Assembly: GCA_036274235.1 (NCBI GenBank)
Contig: DASUGC010000226.1
Location: 1-57,251 of the forward strand
Direction: 5' to 3'
Length of the DNA: 57,251 nt
Source: Vicinamibacterales bacterium
GTDB taxonomy: Bacteria; Acidobacteriota; Vicinamibacteria; Vicinamibacterales; SCN-69-37
The position numbers and the translations under genes were made by a program. Below, piece by piece: positions 7,794 to 15,692 of the stretch. Every line of letters begins with the position of its first letter. The stretch's first letter is position 1. Under the pieces are notes generated by a model. That model saw only the letters and a program-made list of their open reading frames with translations. It did no database searches and was not told where the DNA came from.

Positions 7794-8312
7794 TCAGTCC
7801 CGGGCAGCCGGCTTGCCCGCCGCAGCGCGCAGCGCGGAGGTGGGAACGTGGCCGCGCTTCCAGATCATGAACGTTCGACGGAACTCGATGACGATGGTTC
7901 CGTGCTGGTTCAGGCCGACGGTTTTCACGTGGACAATGCCGACGTGCGGCCGTGATTTGGATTCCCGTGTTTCCAGTACTTCGCTGCGCGCATAGATCGT
8001 GTCGCCCTCGAAGACCGGGTGCGGCAGCTTCACGGCGTCCCACCCGAGATTGGCGACGGCGTTGACGGTGAGATCGATCACCGACTGGCCGGTCACCAGC
8101 GCCAGCGTGAAGCAGGAGTTCACGAGCGGCCGCTTGAATTCCGTGTGGCTCGCGTACTCCGCGTCGAAATGGATCGGGTTCGTGTTCATCGTCACGCACG
8201 TGAACCAGATGTTGTCGGCCTGCGTGATCGTCCGGCCGAGCGGATGCTCGTAGACGTCGCCGGCCGTGAAGTCCTCGAAGACGCGGCCGGTCCAGCCCGG
8301 TTTGATCGCCAT
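7794..8312 (-). CDS. MaoC-like (R)-specific enoyl-CoA hydratase / dehydratase (hot-dog fold)
   Basis: 172 aa. DVYEHPLGRTITQADNIWFTCVTMNTNPIHFD is typical of the MaoC dehydratase family. Its start overlaps the stop of the upstream CoA-transferase by 1 nt. Confidence 0.85.
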   Translation of the reverse strand: MAIKPGWTGRVFEDFTAGDVYEHPLGRTITQADNIWFTCVTMNTNPIHFDAEYASHTEFKRPLVNSCFTLALVTGQSVIDLTVNAVANLGWDAVKLPHPVFEGDTIYARSEVLETRESKSRPHVGIVHVKTVGLNQHGTIVIEFRRTFMIWKRGHVPTSALRAAAGKPAARD

Positions 8313-9490
8313 CAGATTGTCCCCGCCGCCCGCCAGGCGGCCATCGTCCCGGCGTCGTAACCCAGTTCCCGCAGAATGGCCTCCGTGTGCGCGCCCAGGG
8401 CCGGGATCGGGCCCAGCCGCGGCTCTTCATTATCAATGGAGACGGGCGGCGCCAGGGTATGGATGGGCCCGGCCGGCGAATCCACATCGCGCCACCGCCC
8501 TCGCGCCAGGAGCTGCGGGTGACGCAGGAACTCGGCCATCGTGTTCATTCGCGCGTAGGCGATATCGGCGGCATCCAGCCGCGTGACGAGCTCCGCGGAC
8601 GTGAGCGTGGTGGTGACCGTCGCGATCTCACGATCGAGCGCCTCGCGATTTTTCACGCGCGCCGGATTGGTGGCGAATCGCGCGTCGGTTGCCAGTGCCG
8701 GGAGCTGGAGCACGTCCGTGCACAGCCGGGCCCACTCCGCCGCGTTCTGGACGGCCAGGTGCACCGGTTGAGCATCGGCGGTCGGCACCGGTCCGTAAGG
8801 CGCGATCGATGCGTGAAAGGCGCCCGACCGCGACGGCGCCGTACCGCCGTACTCCGTATAGGCTGCCGGCGCGCCCATCCACTCGGCCAGGGCATCGAAC
8901 AGCGACACGTCTACGGCGGCGCCGCGGCCGTGTGACGCGCGCGCATACAGCGCCGCGAGAATCCCGGAGTACGCGTACATCCCCGCGGCGATGTCCGCGA
9001 CGGAAATGCCGACCTTGGCCGGAGCGGCCGGCGTCCCGGTCAGCGACAACAAGCCGGCTTCGCTCTGCACGAGCAGATCGTACGCCTTGCGATCCGCGTA
9101 CGGCCCGCTCGTGCCGTAGCCGGACACGGTACAGACGATGAGCGCGGGATAGCGCGCGCGAAGCGAGGCCGGCGCCGTGCCGAGCCGATCCGCGGCGCCC
9201 GGCGCCACGTTCTGCACGAAGATATCCGCCTTCGAGAGGAGCCGATCCAGGATCTCGGCGCCGCCGGGCCGCTTCAGATCGAGCGTCAGCGATTCCTTCG
9301 ATCGATTGAGCCACGCGAAGTAGCTCGACAGCCCCTTGACGGTTGTGTCATATGCCCGGGCGAAATCGCCGGAGCCCGGCCGCTCGATCTTGATGACACG
9401 GGCCCCGAGATCGGCCAGTTGCCGCGTCGCAAACGGCGCGGCGACAGCCTGTTCCAATGAGACGACGGTGAGTTGATCGAACGGACTCAT
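8312..9490 (-). CDS. Family III CoA-transferase (CaiB/BaiF type)
   Basis: ATG at 9490 (MSPFDQLTVVSLEQAVAAPFATRQLADLGARVIKIERPGSGD…) within ORF 8312-9721. The longer ORF would read through the 9505-9581 repeat. Confidence 0.9.
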   Translation of the reverse strand: MSPFDQLTVVSLEQAVAAPFATRQLADLGARVIKIERPGSGDFARAYDTTVKGLSSYFAWLNRSKESLTLDLKRPGGAEILDRLLSKADIFVQNVAPGAADRLGTAPASLRARYPALIVCTVSGYGTSGPYADRKAYDLLVQSEAGLLSLTGTPAAPAKVGISVADIAAGMYAYSGILAALYARASHGRGAAVDVSLFDALAEWMGAPAAYTEYGGTAPSRSGAFHASIAPYGPVPTADAQPVHLAVQNAAEWARLCTDVLQLPALATDARFATNPARVKNREALDREIATVTTTLTSAELVTRLDAADIAYARMNTMAEFLRHPQLLARGRWRDVDSPAGPIHTLAPPVSIDNEEPRLGPIPALGAHTEAILRELGYDAGTMAAWRAAGTI

Positions 9491-9504
9491 CGGAAAACAG
9501 GAAA

Positions 9505-9581
9505 CCACGAAGCGCATGAAGGGCATAAAGGTTTTGGGGGCAAACCCAAACCGTTCTTCATGTGCTTCATGCCCTTCATGG
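9505..9581. repeat. Imperfect palindrome built from inverted sets of 9-bp units (CATGAAGNN)
   Basis: The left arm is CACGAAGCG CATGAAGGG CATAAAGGT (9506-9532). The central part is a GGTTTTGGG…CCCAAACC hairpin. The right arm is TTCTTCATG TGCTTCATG CCCTTCATG (9554-9580). The arms pair at about 22 of 27 positions. The element fills the spacer between the acyl-CoA dehydrogenase stop and the CoA-transferase start. Confidence 0.85.
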
Positions 9582-9587
9582 TTGACG

Positions 9588-10742
9588 TCAGTACGATCTT
9601 GGCAGGCCGAGAACTTTCTCGGCGACAAACGAGAGGATGAGGTTGGTCGAGATCGGCGCCACCTGGTAGAGCTTCGTCTCCCGGAACTTGCGTTCGATGT
9701 CGTAGTCCTCCGCAAAGCCAAAGCCGCCGTGCGTCTGGACGGCGACGTTCGCCGCTTCCCAGGAGGCGTCGGCGGCCAGGAGCTTCGCCATGTTGGCCTC
9801 CGCGCCGCACGGCTCGCCGCGATCGAACAGTTCCGCCGCGCGGACGCGCATCAGATCGGCGGCCTCCACGTTCACGTGCGCGCGCGCAATGGGGAACTGG
9901 ACACCCTGGTTCTGGCCGATCGGCCGGTTGAAGACCACGCGCTGGTTGGCGTACTTGGTGGCGCGCCCGATGAACCAGCGGCCGTCGCCGACGCATTCGG
10001 CGGCGATCAGAATCCGCTCCGCATTGAGGCCGTCGAGCAGATACCGGAAGCCCTGGCCCTCCTCGCCGATCAGCGCGGAGGCCGGCACCTCCAGATCGTC
10101 AAAGAACAACTCCGTCGTCGCGTGATTCATCATCGTACGGATCGGCCGAATCGTCAGGCCGTGCCCGACCGCGTCGCGCAAATCGACGAGGAGGATGGAC
10201 AAGCCCTCGCTGCGTTTCCTGACCTGTTCAGCCGGCGTCGTGCGGCAGACGAGCAGGAGCAGATCCGAATGCTCGGCGCGCGAGATCCAGACTTTCTGTC
10301 CACGGACAATGTACCGGTCGCCATTGCGCGTGGCGGTCGTCTTCATCTGCGTCGTATCGGAGCCGGTCGTCGGCTCGCTCACGCCAAAGGCCTGCAGGCG
10401 AAGCTCGCCACGGGCGATGCGCGGCAGGTACTCCCGCTTCTGCGCATCGGACCCGTGACGCAGCAGCGTGCCCATCGTGTACATCTGCGCATGACAGGCG
10501 CCGCTGTTGGCGCCGCTGTGGTTGATTTCTTCCAGAATCACCGACGCTTCGGCCAGGCCCAGTCCGGAGCCGCCGTATGTTTCCGGGATCAAGGCCGCCA
10601 GGTAGCCGGCGTCCGTCAGCGCGTTGACGAAGGTTTCAGGATATGCGCGCCTGGCATCCAGATCGCGCCAGTACGCGTCGGGAAACGATCGGCAGAGCTC
10701 GCGGACCGCGCGTCGCAGGTCACTGTGACTTTCGTTGGCCAC
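9588..10742 (-). CDS. Acyl-CoA dehydrogenase
   Basis: GTG at 10742 (VANESHSDLRRAVRELCRSFPDAYW…) within ORF 9588-10913. The sequence is typical ACAD (GGSGLGLAEA, GSDTTQMKTTA, C-terminal FAEDYDIERKFRETKLYQV). The upstream ORF part overlaps the divergent gene. Confidence 0.85.
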   Translation of the reverse strand: MANESHSDLRRAVRELCRSFPDAYWRDLDARRAYPETFVNALTDAGYLAALIPETYGGSGLGLAEASVILEEINHSGANSGACHAQMYTMGTLLRHGSDAQKREYLPRIARGELRLQAFGVSEPTTGSDTTQMKTTATRNGDRYIVRGQKVWISRAEHSDLLLLVCRTTPAEQVRKRSEGLSILLVDLRDAVGHGLTIRPIRTMMNHATTELFFDDLEVPASALIGEEGQGFRYLLDGLNAERILIAAECVGDGRWFIGRATKYANQRVVFNRPIGQNQGVQFPIARAHVNVEAADLMRVRAAELFDRGEPCGAEANMAKLLAADASWEAANVAVQTHGGFGFAEDYDIERKFRETKLYQVAPISTNLILSFVAEKVLGLPRSY

Positions 10743-10750
10743 GAAGGCGA

Positions 10751-12376
10751 ATGATATCGGAGTACGATGTCCCGCCGATGGCCGCGCTCGCCGAACTCGC
10801 CGATCTGATCGTCGCGGAGCTGCGCCGTACGGGGACGCAGGCCTTGTTCGGCGTGCCGGGTGGCGGAGGCAATCTGGACCTGATCGAAGCTGCGCGCAAG
10901 GCCGGCCTGCCATTCGTCCTGACGTCCACGGAAACCGGCGCCGCGGTCGCCGCGACCGCGCAGGCCGAGATTCTCCAGCGCCCGGGTGCGTGCCTGACGA
11001 CGCTGGGGCCGGGCGTGGCGTCGGTGGTGAATGGGATCGCGTGTGCGTGCCTCGAGCGCGCGCCGCTGATGCTGTTCACGGACAGCCATCCGCTCAGCGC
11101 GAACGGCCGGTTCGCGCACCAGCAGATCGATCACGTCGCGCTGCTGAAGCCAATCACCAAGTGGTCTGCGCGACTGTCGTCCATCAACGCGAACGAGACC
11201 GTCCAGCAGGCATTCCATGCATTGACGACACTGCCGCCGGGGCCCGTGCACCTCGACTGTCCAGGAGACGTGACGGGGAAGGTGGAAGCCGCCAGGGCGT
11301 TGCCCAGTGGGCCGGCGATTGCGGTCGATCCCCAGGAAGCAAAGCGATTCGATGAACTGGTCTCAGGCGCACGCAAGCCCCTCGTGCTGATCGGATTGGG
11401 CGCACGCCGGCCGGGCGGCGCCGCGGCGATCCGTGAGTTGTGCGAGCGCCGATCCGTTCCGGCGATGGTCACGTACAAGGGCAAAGGCGCCCTTCCGGAT
11501 GCGCACCCGTGTTTCGCCGGTGTGTTCACGAACGGGAGTGTCGAGCGCGCGATCGTCGGAGAAAGCGACCTGCTGATTGGCCTCGGCCTGGACCCTGTGG
11601 AGCTGTTGCCGCGGCCGTGGACGTTTCCGCAGGCGGTCGTCGGCCTGAATGAATGGCGCCTGCCGGCGGAGCACGTGCCCTTCGCGGCTCAATCGATCGG
11701 CAACCTGACCGGGCAGATTCGCCGGCTCGAAGCCACAATCAGGGGCACCGAGTGGGATCTGGAGACAGTCGCGACGCTGGCAGCCGGGCAGAGGTTCACG
11801 GACACTGGCGGTGGAGGGATGGGCGCCCAGCATGTCGTCGATGTCGCGGCGTCGGCATTGGCCGGCGCCTGGCGGGCGACCGTCGATGCCGGCGCCCACA
11901 TGCTGCCGGTGATGATGCGGTGGCCGGCCGCCCGGCCCGACGATCTGTTGATCTCGAACGGCCTGTCGACGATGGGGTTTGCGCTGCCGGCGGCGATCGG
12001 CGCGGCCATCGCGGATCGGCAGCGGCCCGTGGTGGCGCTCACGGGCGATGGCGGTCTGCTGATCTGTATCGGGGAGCTGTTGACCGCAGTCCGCGAGCGG
12101 CTTCGTCTGATCGTGATTGTGTTCAGTGACACGTCGTTGAGCCTCATCGAGATCAAGCAGCAGGCGCGGCAGCTTCCGGCCGCCGGCGTGGCGCTTGGGC
12201 CCATGAACTGGGCTGCGCTGGCGGAGAGCTTCGGCGCGCGCGGCTTCAGCGCCAGGTCCGAGCCCGAGCTGGCCATGGCGATTGAGCAGGCCGCCGCCCA
12301 CGACGGCGTGAGCGTCATCGAGGCGAAGATCGATCGCTCGAATTATGGGCGTATGTTGAAAGCAATTCGAGGATAG
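10751..12376 (+). CDS. Thiamine-diphosphate-dependent enzyme (acetolactate synthase large-subunit-like)
   Basis: Contains ALFGVPGGGGNLDLIEA and TTLGPGVASVVNGIA, plus the ThDP-binding GDGG (LTGDGGLLICIGEL). The start is at 10751, or in frame at 10778 (MAALAELADL…). Confidence 0.85.
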   Translation: MISEYDVPPMAALAELADLIVAELRRTGTQALFGVPGGGGNLDLIEAARKAGLPFVLTSTETGAAVAATAQAEILQRPGACLTTLGPGVASVVNGIACACLERAPLMLFTDSHPLSANGRFAHQQIDHVALLKPITKWSARLSSINANETVQQAFHALTTLPPGPVHLDCPGDVTGKVEAARALPSGPAIAVDPQEAKRFDELVSGARKPLVLIGLGARRPGGAAAIRELCERRSVPAMVTYKGKGALPDAHPCFAGVFTNGSVERAIVGESDLLIGLGLDPVELLPRPWTFPQAVVGLNEWRLPAEHVPFAAQSIGNLTGQIRRLEATIRGTEWDLETVATLAAGQRFTDTGGGGMGAQHVVDVAASALAGAWRATVDAGAHMLPVMMRWPAARPDDLLISNGLSTMGFALPAAIGAAIADRQRPVVALTGDGGLLICIGELLTAVRERLRLIVIVFSDTSLSLIEIKQQARQLPAAGVALGPMNWAALAESFGARGFSARSEPELAMAIEQAAAHDGVSVIEAKIDRSNYGRMLKAIRG

Positions 12377-12381
12377 AAAAC

Positions 12382-12395
12382 CAGGTTGCAGGTTG
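12382..12395. repeat. CAGGTTG x2 heptamer tandem in a 3' spacer
   Basis: Exact 7-bp duplication 6 nt after the stop at 12376. The unit resembles CAGGTAA at 43756-43776. Confidence 0.5.
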
Positions 12396-12414
12396 AGCCG
12401 GCAGGGGCACGCGT

Positions 12415-13857
12415 ATGGTTGAACAACTCATTATCAATGGCGAGAAGTCGGCGGCGTCTGATGGCGGGACGTTTCAGAGTTTCGATCCGTCCAGCGGCGA
12501 CGTGCTGGCCACCGTGGCGAAGGCGACGAAGGCCGATGTCGATCGCGCGGTCCAGAGCGCGCATGATGCGCTCGACGGAAAGGCGTGGGGAGGCATGGCG
12601 CCGGCCGAGCGCGGGCGCATCATGAATCGGATCGCCCAGGCGTTGCGGGATCGGGCCGAAGAGCTCGCGAATCTTGAAAGCCGCGACAACGGCAAGCCGC
12701 TGAAGCAGGCGCGCACGGACGTGCAGGTGGCGGCGCGCTATTTCGAGTTTTTCGCCGGCATCGCCGACAAGATCATGGGCCACACCATTCCACTTGGGCC
12801 CGGCTTCCTGGATTTCACCGTGCGCGAACCCATCGGCGTCTCCGCGCAGATCGTGCCGTGGAACTATCCGATCCAGATTGGCGCGCGCGGCGTAGCGCCG
12901 GCGCTGGCCGCTGGCTGCGCCGTGGTCATGAAACCGTCGAGCGAATCGCCCATGACCGCGTTGCGGCTTGGGGAAATCGCGCTCGCCTGCGGATTGCCGG
13001 CCGGCGCGCTGAACGTCGTGCCGGGCACGGGCAGCGAGGCCGGCACGGCGCTCGCCAGCCACCCGGCGATCAATCAGTTGACGTTCACCGGATCGGTCGA
13101 CGTCGGCGTGCAGGTCGCAAAGATGGCGGCCGGCAATGTCGTACCCGTCGTGATGGAGCTGGGCGGCAAGTCGCCGAACATCGTGTTCGCCGACGCCGAC
13201 CTGGATCTGGCCGCGCAAGGTGTGGCGAACGCGATCTTTCAGAATGCCGGCCAGACGTGTTCGGCCGGCTCGCGCCTGCTGGTCGAGCGCAGCGCGCATC
13301 AGGCGCTTGTCGATCGGCTCGCGGCCCGCGCCTCGTCTATGCGCGTCGGGCCCGGCGTGAGCGATCCGGACATGGGCCCCATCATTTCCAGACGGCAGCT
13401 CGAAACGGTGGAGCGATACGTGGACGTCGGAAGATCCGAGGGCGCGCACGTCGCGGCCGGCGGCGCTCGTCCATCCGATCCCTCACTCGGGCGCGGCTAC
13501 TACTTCCAGCCGACGCTGCTCGATCAGGTGACGCCCGACATGCGTGTGGCGCAGGAAGAGATCTTTGGCCCGGTGCTCGCCATGATCGAATTTGCCGATC
13601 TCGAAGACGCGGCCGCGATCGCCAATCGCAGCCAGTACGGCCTGGTCGCCGGCATCTGGACGCGCGACATCAACAAGGCGATGGCACTGGCCTCGCGCAT
13701 CAAGTCCGGCCAGGTGTACGTGAACACGTACGGCGCCGGCGGCGGCGTGGAACTGCCGTTCGGCGGCTACAAGAAGAGCGGCTACGGCCGCGAAAAAGGG
13801 CTGGAGTCGCTGATGAGTTATACGCAAGTGAAGAACGTCTGCATTAAGTACGCCTAA
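12415..13857 (+). CDS. NAD(P)-dependent aldehyde dehydrogenase
   Basis: 480 aa with ELGGKSP and the catalytic-Cys motif GQTCSAGSR, and PWNYP. Confidence 0.9.
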   Translation: MVEQLIINGEKSAASDGGTFQSFDPSSGDVLATVAKATKADVDRAVQSAHDALDGKAWGGMAPAERGRIMNRIAQALRDRAEELANLESRDNGKPLKQARTDVQVAARYFEFFAGIADKIMGHTIPLGPGFLDFTVREPIGVSAQIVPWNYPIQIGARGVAPALAAGCAVVMKPSSESPMTALRLGEIALACGLPAGALNVVPGTGSEAGTALASHPAINQLTFTGSVDVGVQVAKMAAGNVVPVVMELGGKSPNIVFADADLDLAAQGVANAIFQNAGQTCSAGSRLLVERSAHQALVDRLAARASSMRVGPGVSDPDMGPIISRRQLETVERYVDVGRSEGAHVAAGGARPSDPSLGRGYYFQPTLLDQVTPDMRVAQEEIFGPVLAMIEFADLEDAAAIANRSQYGLVAGIWTRDINKAMALASRIKSGQVYVNTYGAGGGVELPFGGYKKSGYGREKGLESLMSYTQVKNVCIKYA

Positions 13858-13891
13858 GGAAAGGCGGGCCTGAGTCTGCCACGATGGGAGG

Positions 13892-15646
13892 ATGTCTGGT
13901 CAGACGCGTGACGCTGCTGAGGAGCTGGGCGACTTCACGGCGTCACCGCGGCTGCTGGCCATCGCGACGCTTGCCATGGTCATCGGCGTCGTCGCGGCCT
14001 TTGTCGCCAAGGCGCTGCTCGCGCTGATTGCGTTTTTCACCAATCTGTTCTTCTTTCACCGGCTGTCATTCGCCGGATCGTCGCCGGCCGATCACGCACT
14101 CGGCTGGCTGGTTCTCTTCGTCCCGGTAGCCGGGGCGCTCGTCATCGGCCTGATGGCCCGCTATGGATCGGATCGCATCCGGGGGCACGGCATTCCGGAA
14201 GCGATCGAGGCCATCCTGATCAATGGCAGCCGCGTCCAGCCCAAGGTGGCGATTCTCAAGCCCTTGTCGTCGGCGATTTCGATTGGATCGGGCGGGCCGT
14301 TTGGCGCCGAGGGGCCCATCATCATGACGGGCGGCGCGATTGGTTCCGTGATCGCGCAGTTCTTCCATCTGACCAGCGCCGAACGGAAGACGCTGCTCGT
14401 CGCCGGCGCGGCGGCCGGGATGTCGGCCACCTTTGCGGCGCCCGTCGCGGCGGTCCTGCTGGCGGTGGAGCTGCTGCTCTTCGAATGGAAGCCGCGCAGC
14501 TTCGTGCCGGTGGCGCTGGCCAGCGCCACCGCGCTCGTCGTGCGCCGCTACATTCTTGGCGTCGGGCCGCTCTTTGCGGTGCCGGCGCATCCCGTCTTCA
14601 TCGGCCCGCTCGGCGTGCTCGGCTGTGTGGCGGCGGGCCTGCTCGCGGGCGCCCTGTCGGCGGCGCTGACCTCGGCGGTGTACGCGGCGGAAGACGCGTT
14701 CAGCCATCTCCCGATCCATTGGATGTGGTGGCCCGCCATCGGCGGCGTGGCGATCGGCGTGGGCGGATATTTCTTTCCACACGCGTTGGGCGTGGGCTAC
14801 GACACCATCGCGGGACTGCTTCGCGGCGACGTGAGCATGCGTGTCATCGCCGGTCTGCTGATTGTCAAAGGGCTCATGTGGTCGATTTCGCTGGGATCGG
14901 GCACATCGGGCGGAGTGCTGGCGCCGCTCCTGCTGATGGGCGGCGCGCTCGGCGGCGTCGAGGCGCTCGCCTTGCCGGACTTCGGGCCCGGCTTCTGGCC
15001 GCTCGTCAGCATGGGCGCGATTCTCGGCGGCACGATGCGGTCGCCGTTCACCGGCATCGTGTTCCTGATTGAGCTGACGCACGACGTCAACATGATGCTG
15101 CCGCTCCTGGTCGCGGTGACGGTGGCGCATGCGCTCACGGTGCTCGTGCTGAAGCGATCGATCCTGACGGAGAAGATCGCGCGCCGCGGCTACCATTTGA
15201 GCCGCGAGTACGCGATTGACCCGCTGGAGATCCTGTTTGTTCGAGAGGTGATGCGCACGAACGTGGTCGCGCTGCCGGCCGATGCGCCGCCCGCGAAGCT
15301 GCAGATCCTTCGTCAGAATCATTCGGATCTCGGCCAGCGTCTCTATCCACTCGTCGATCGCGAGGGACGCCTGACGGGCGTGATTACGCGCGGAGAAGGC
15401 GTGGTGCACGACAATCCGACGCTGGCCCTGGCCGATGAGCCGCTCCGCGTCATCGTCCATCGGATGGCCAAGACGGGACTGACGAGATTTCCGGTGATTG
15501 ACCGGGTGGACACGCGCGTGCTGGTGGGGATGGTGTCCCTGGAAGATCTGTTGAAGGCGCGCGCGCTGAATCTCGACGCCGAGGATCGCCGGGAACGGAC
15601 GATGCGCGTGAAGATTGCGTTTCCGTTCGGGCTGGGATCGGGGTGA
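13892..15646 (+). CDS. ClC family chloride channel / H+-Cl- antiporter with C-terminal CBS pair
   Basis: 584 aa and polytopic. Has the ClC motifs GHGIPEA, GSGGPFGAEGP and GSGTSGGVLAP. The C-terminal ~140 aa are CBS-like. Confidence 0.9.
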   Translation: MSGQTRDAAEELGDFTASPRLLAIATLAMVIGVVAAFVAKALLALIAFFTNLFFFHRLSFAGSSPADHALGWLVLFVPVAGALVIGLMARYGSDRIRGHGIPEAIEAILINGSRVQPKVAILKPLSSAISIGSGGPFGAEGPIIMTGGAIGSVIAQFFHLTSAERKTLLVAGAAAGMSATFAAPVAAVLLAVELLLFEWKPRSFVPVALASATALVVRRYILGVGPLFAVPAHPVFIGPLGVLGCVAAGLLAGALSAALTSAVYAAEDAFSHLPIHWMWWPAIGGVAIGVGGYFFPHALGVGYDTIAGLLRGDVSMRVIAGLLIVKGLMWSISLGSGTSGGVLAPLLLMGGALGGVEALALPDFGPGFWPLVSMGAILGGTMRSPFTGIVFLIELTHDVNMMLPLLVAVTVAHALTVLVLKRSILTEKIARRGYHLSREYAIDPLEILFVREVMRTNVVALPADAPPAKLQILRQNHSDLGQRLYPLVDREGRLTGVITRGEGVVHDNPTLALADEPLRVIVHRMAKTGLTRFPVIDRVDTRVLVGMVSLEDLLKARALNLDAEDRRERTMRVKIAFPFGLGSG

Positions 15647-15692
15647 GACGGCGCCGCGTCGTTCCCTTCGGCGCTGGACGTACACTGGCGTC

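Noticed and set aside
13858-13891. A fluoride or other riboswitch upstream of the ClC channel gene.
   Set aside because: The spacer is only 34 nt and lacks any conserved riboswitch core. The ClC protein also carries CBS domains typical of chloride-type ClC rather than CLC-F.
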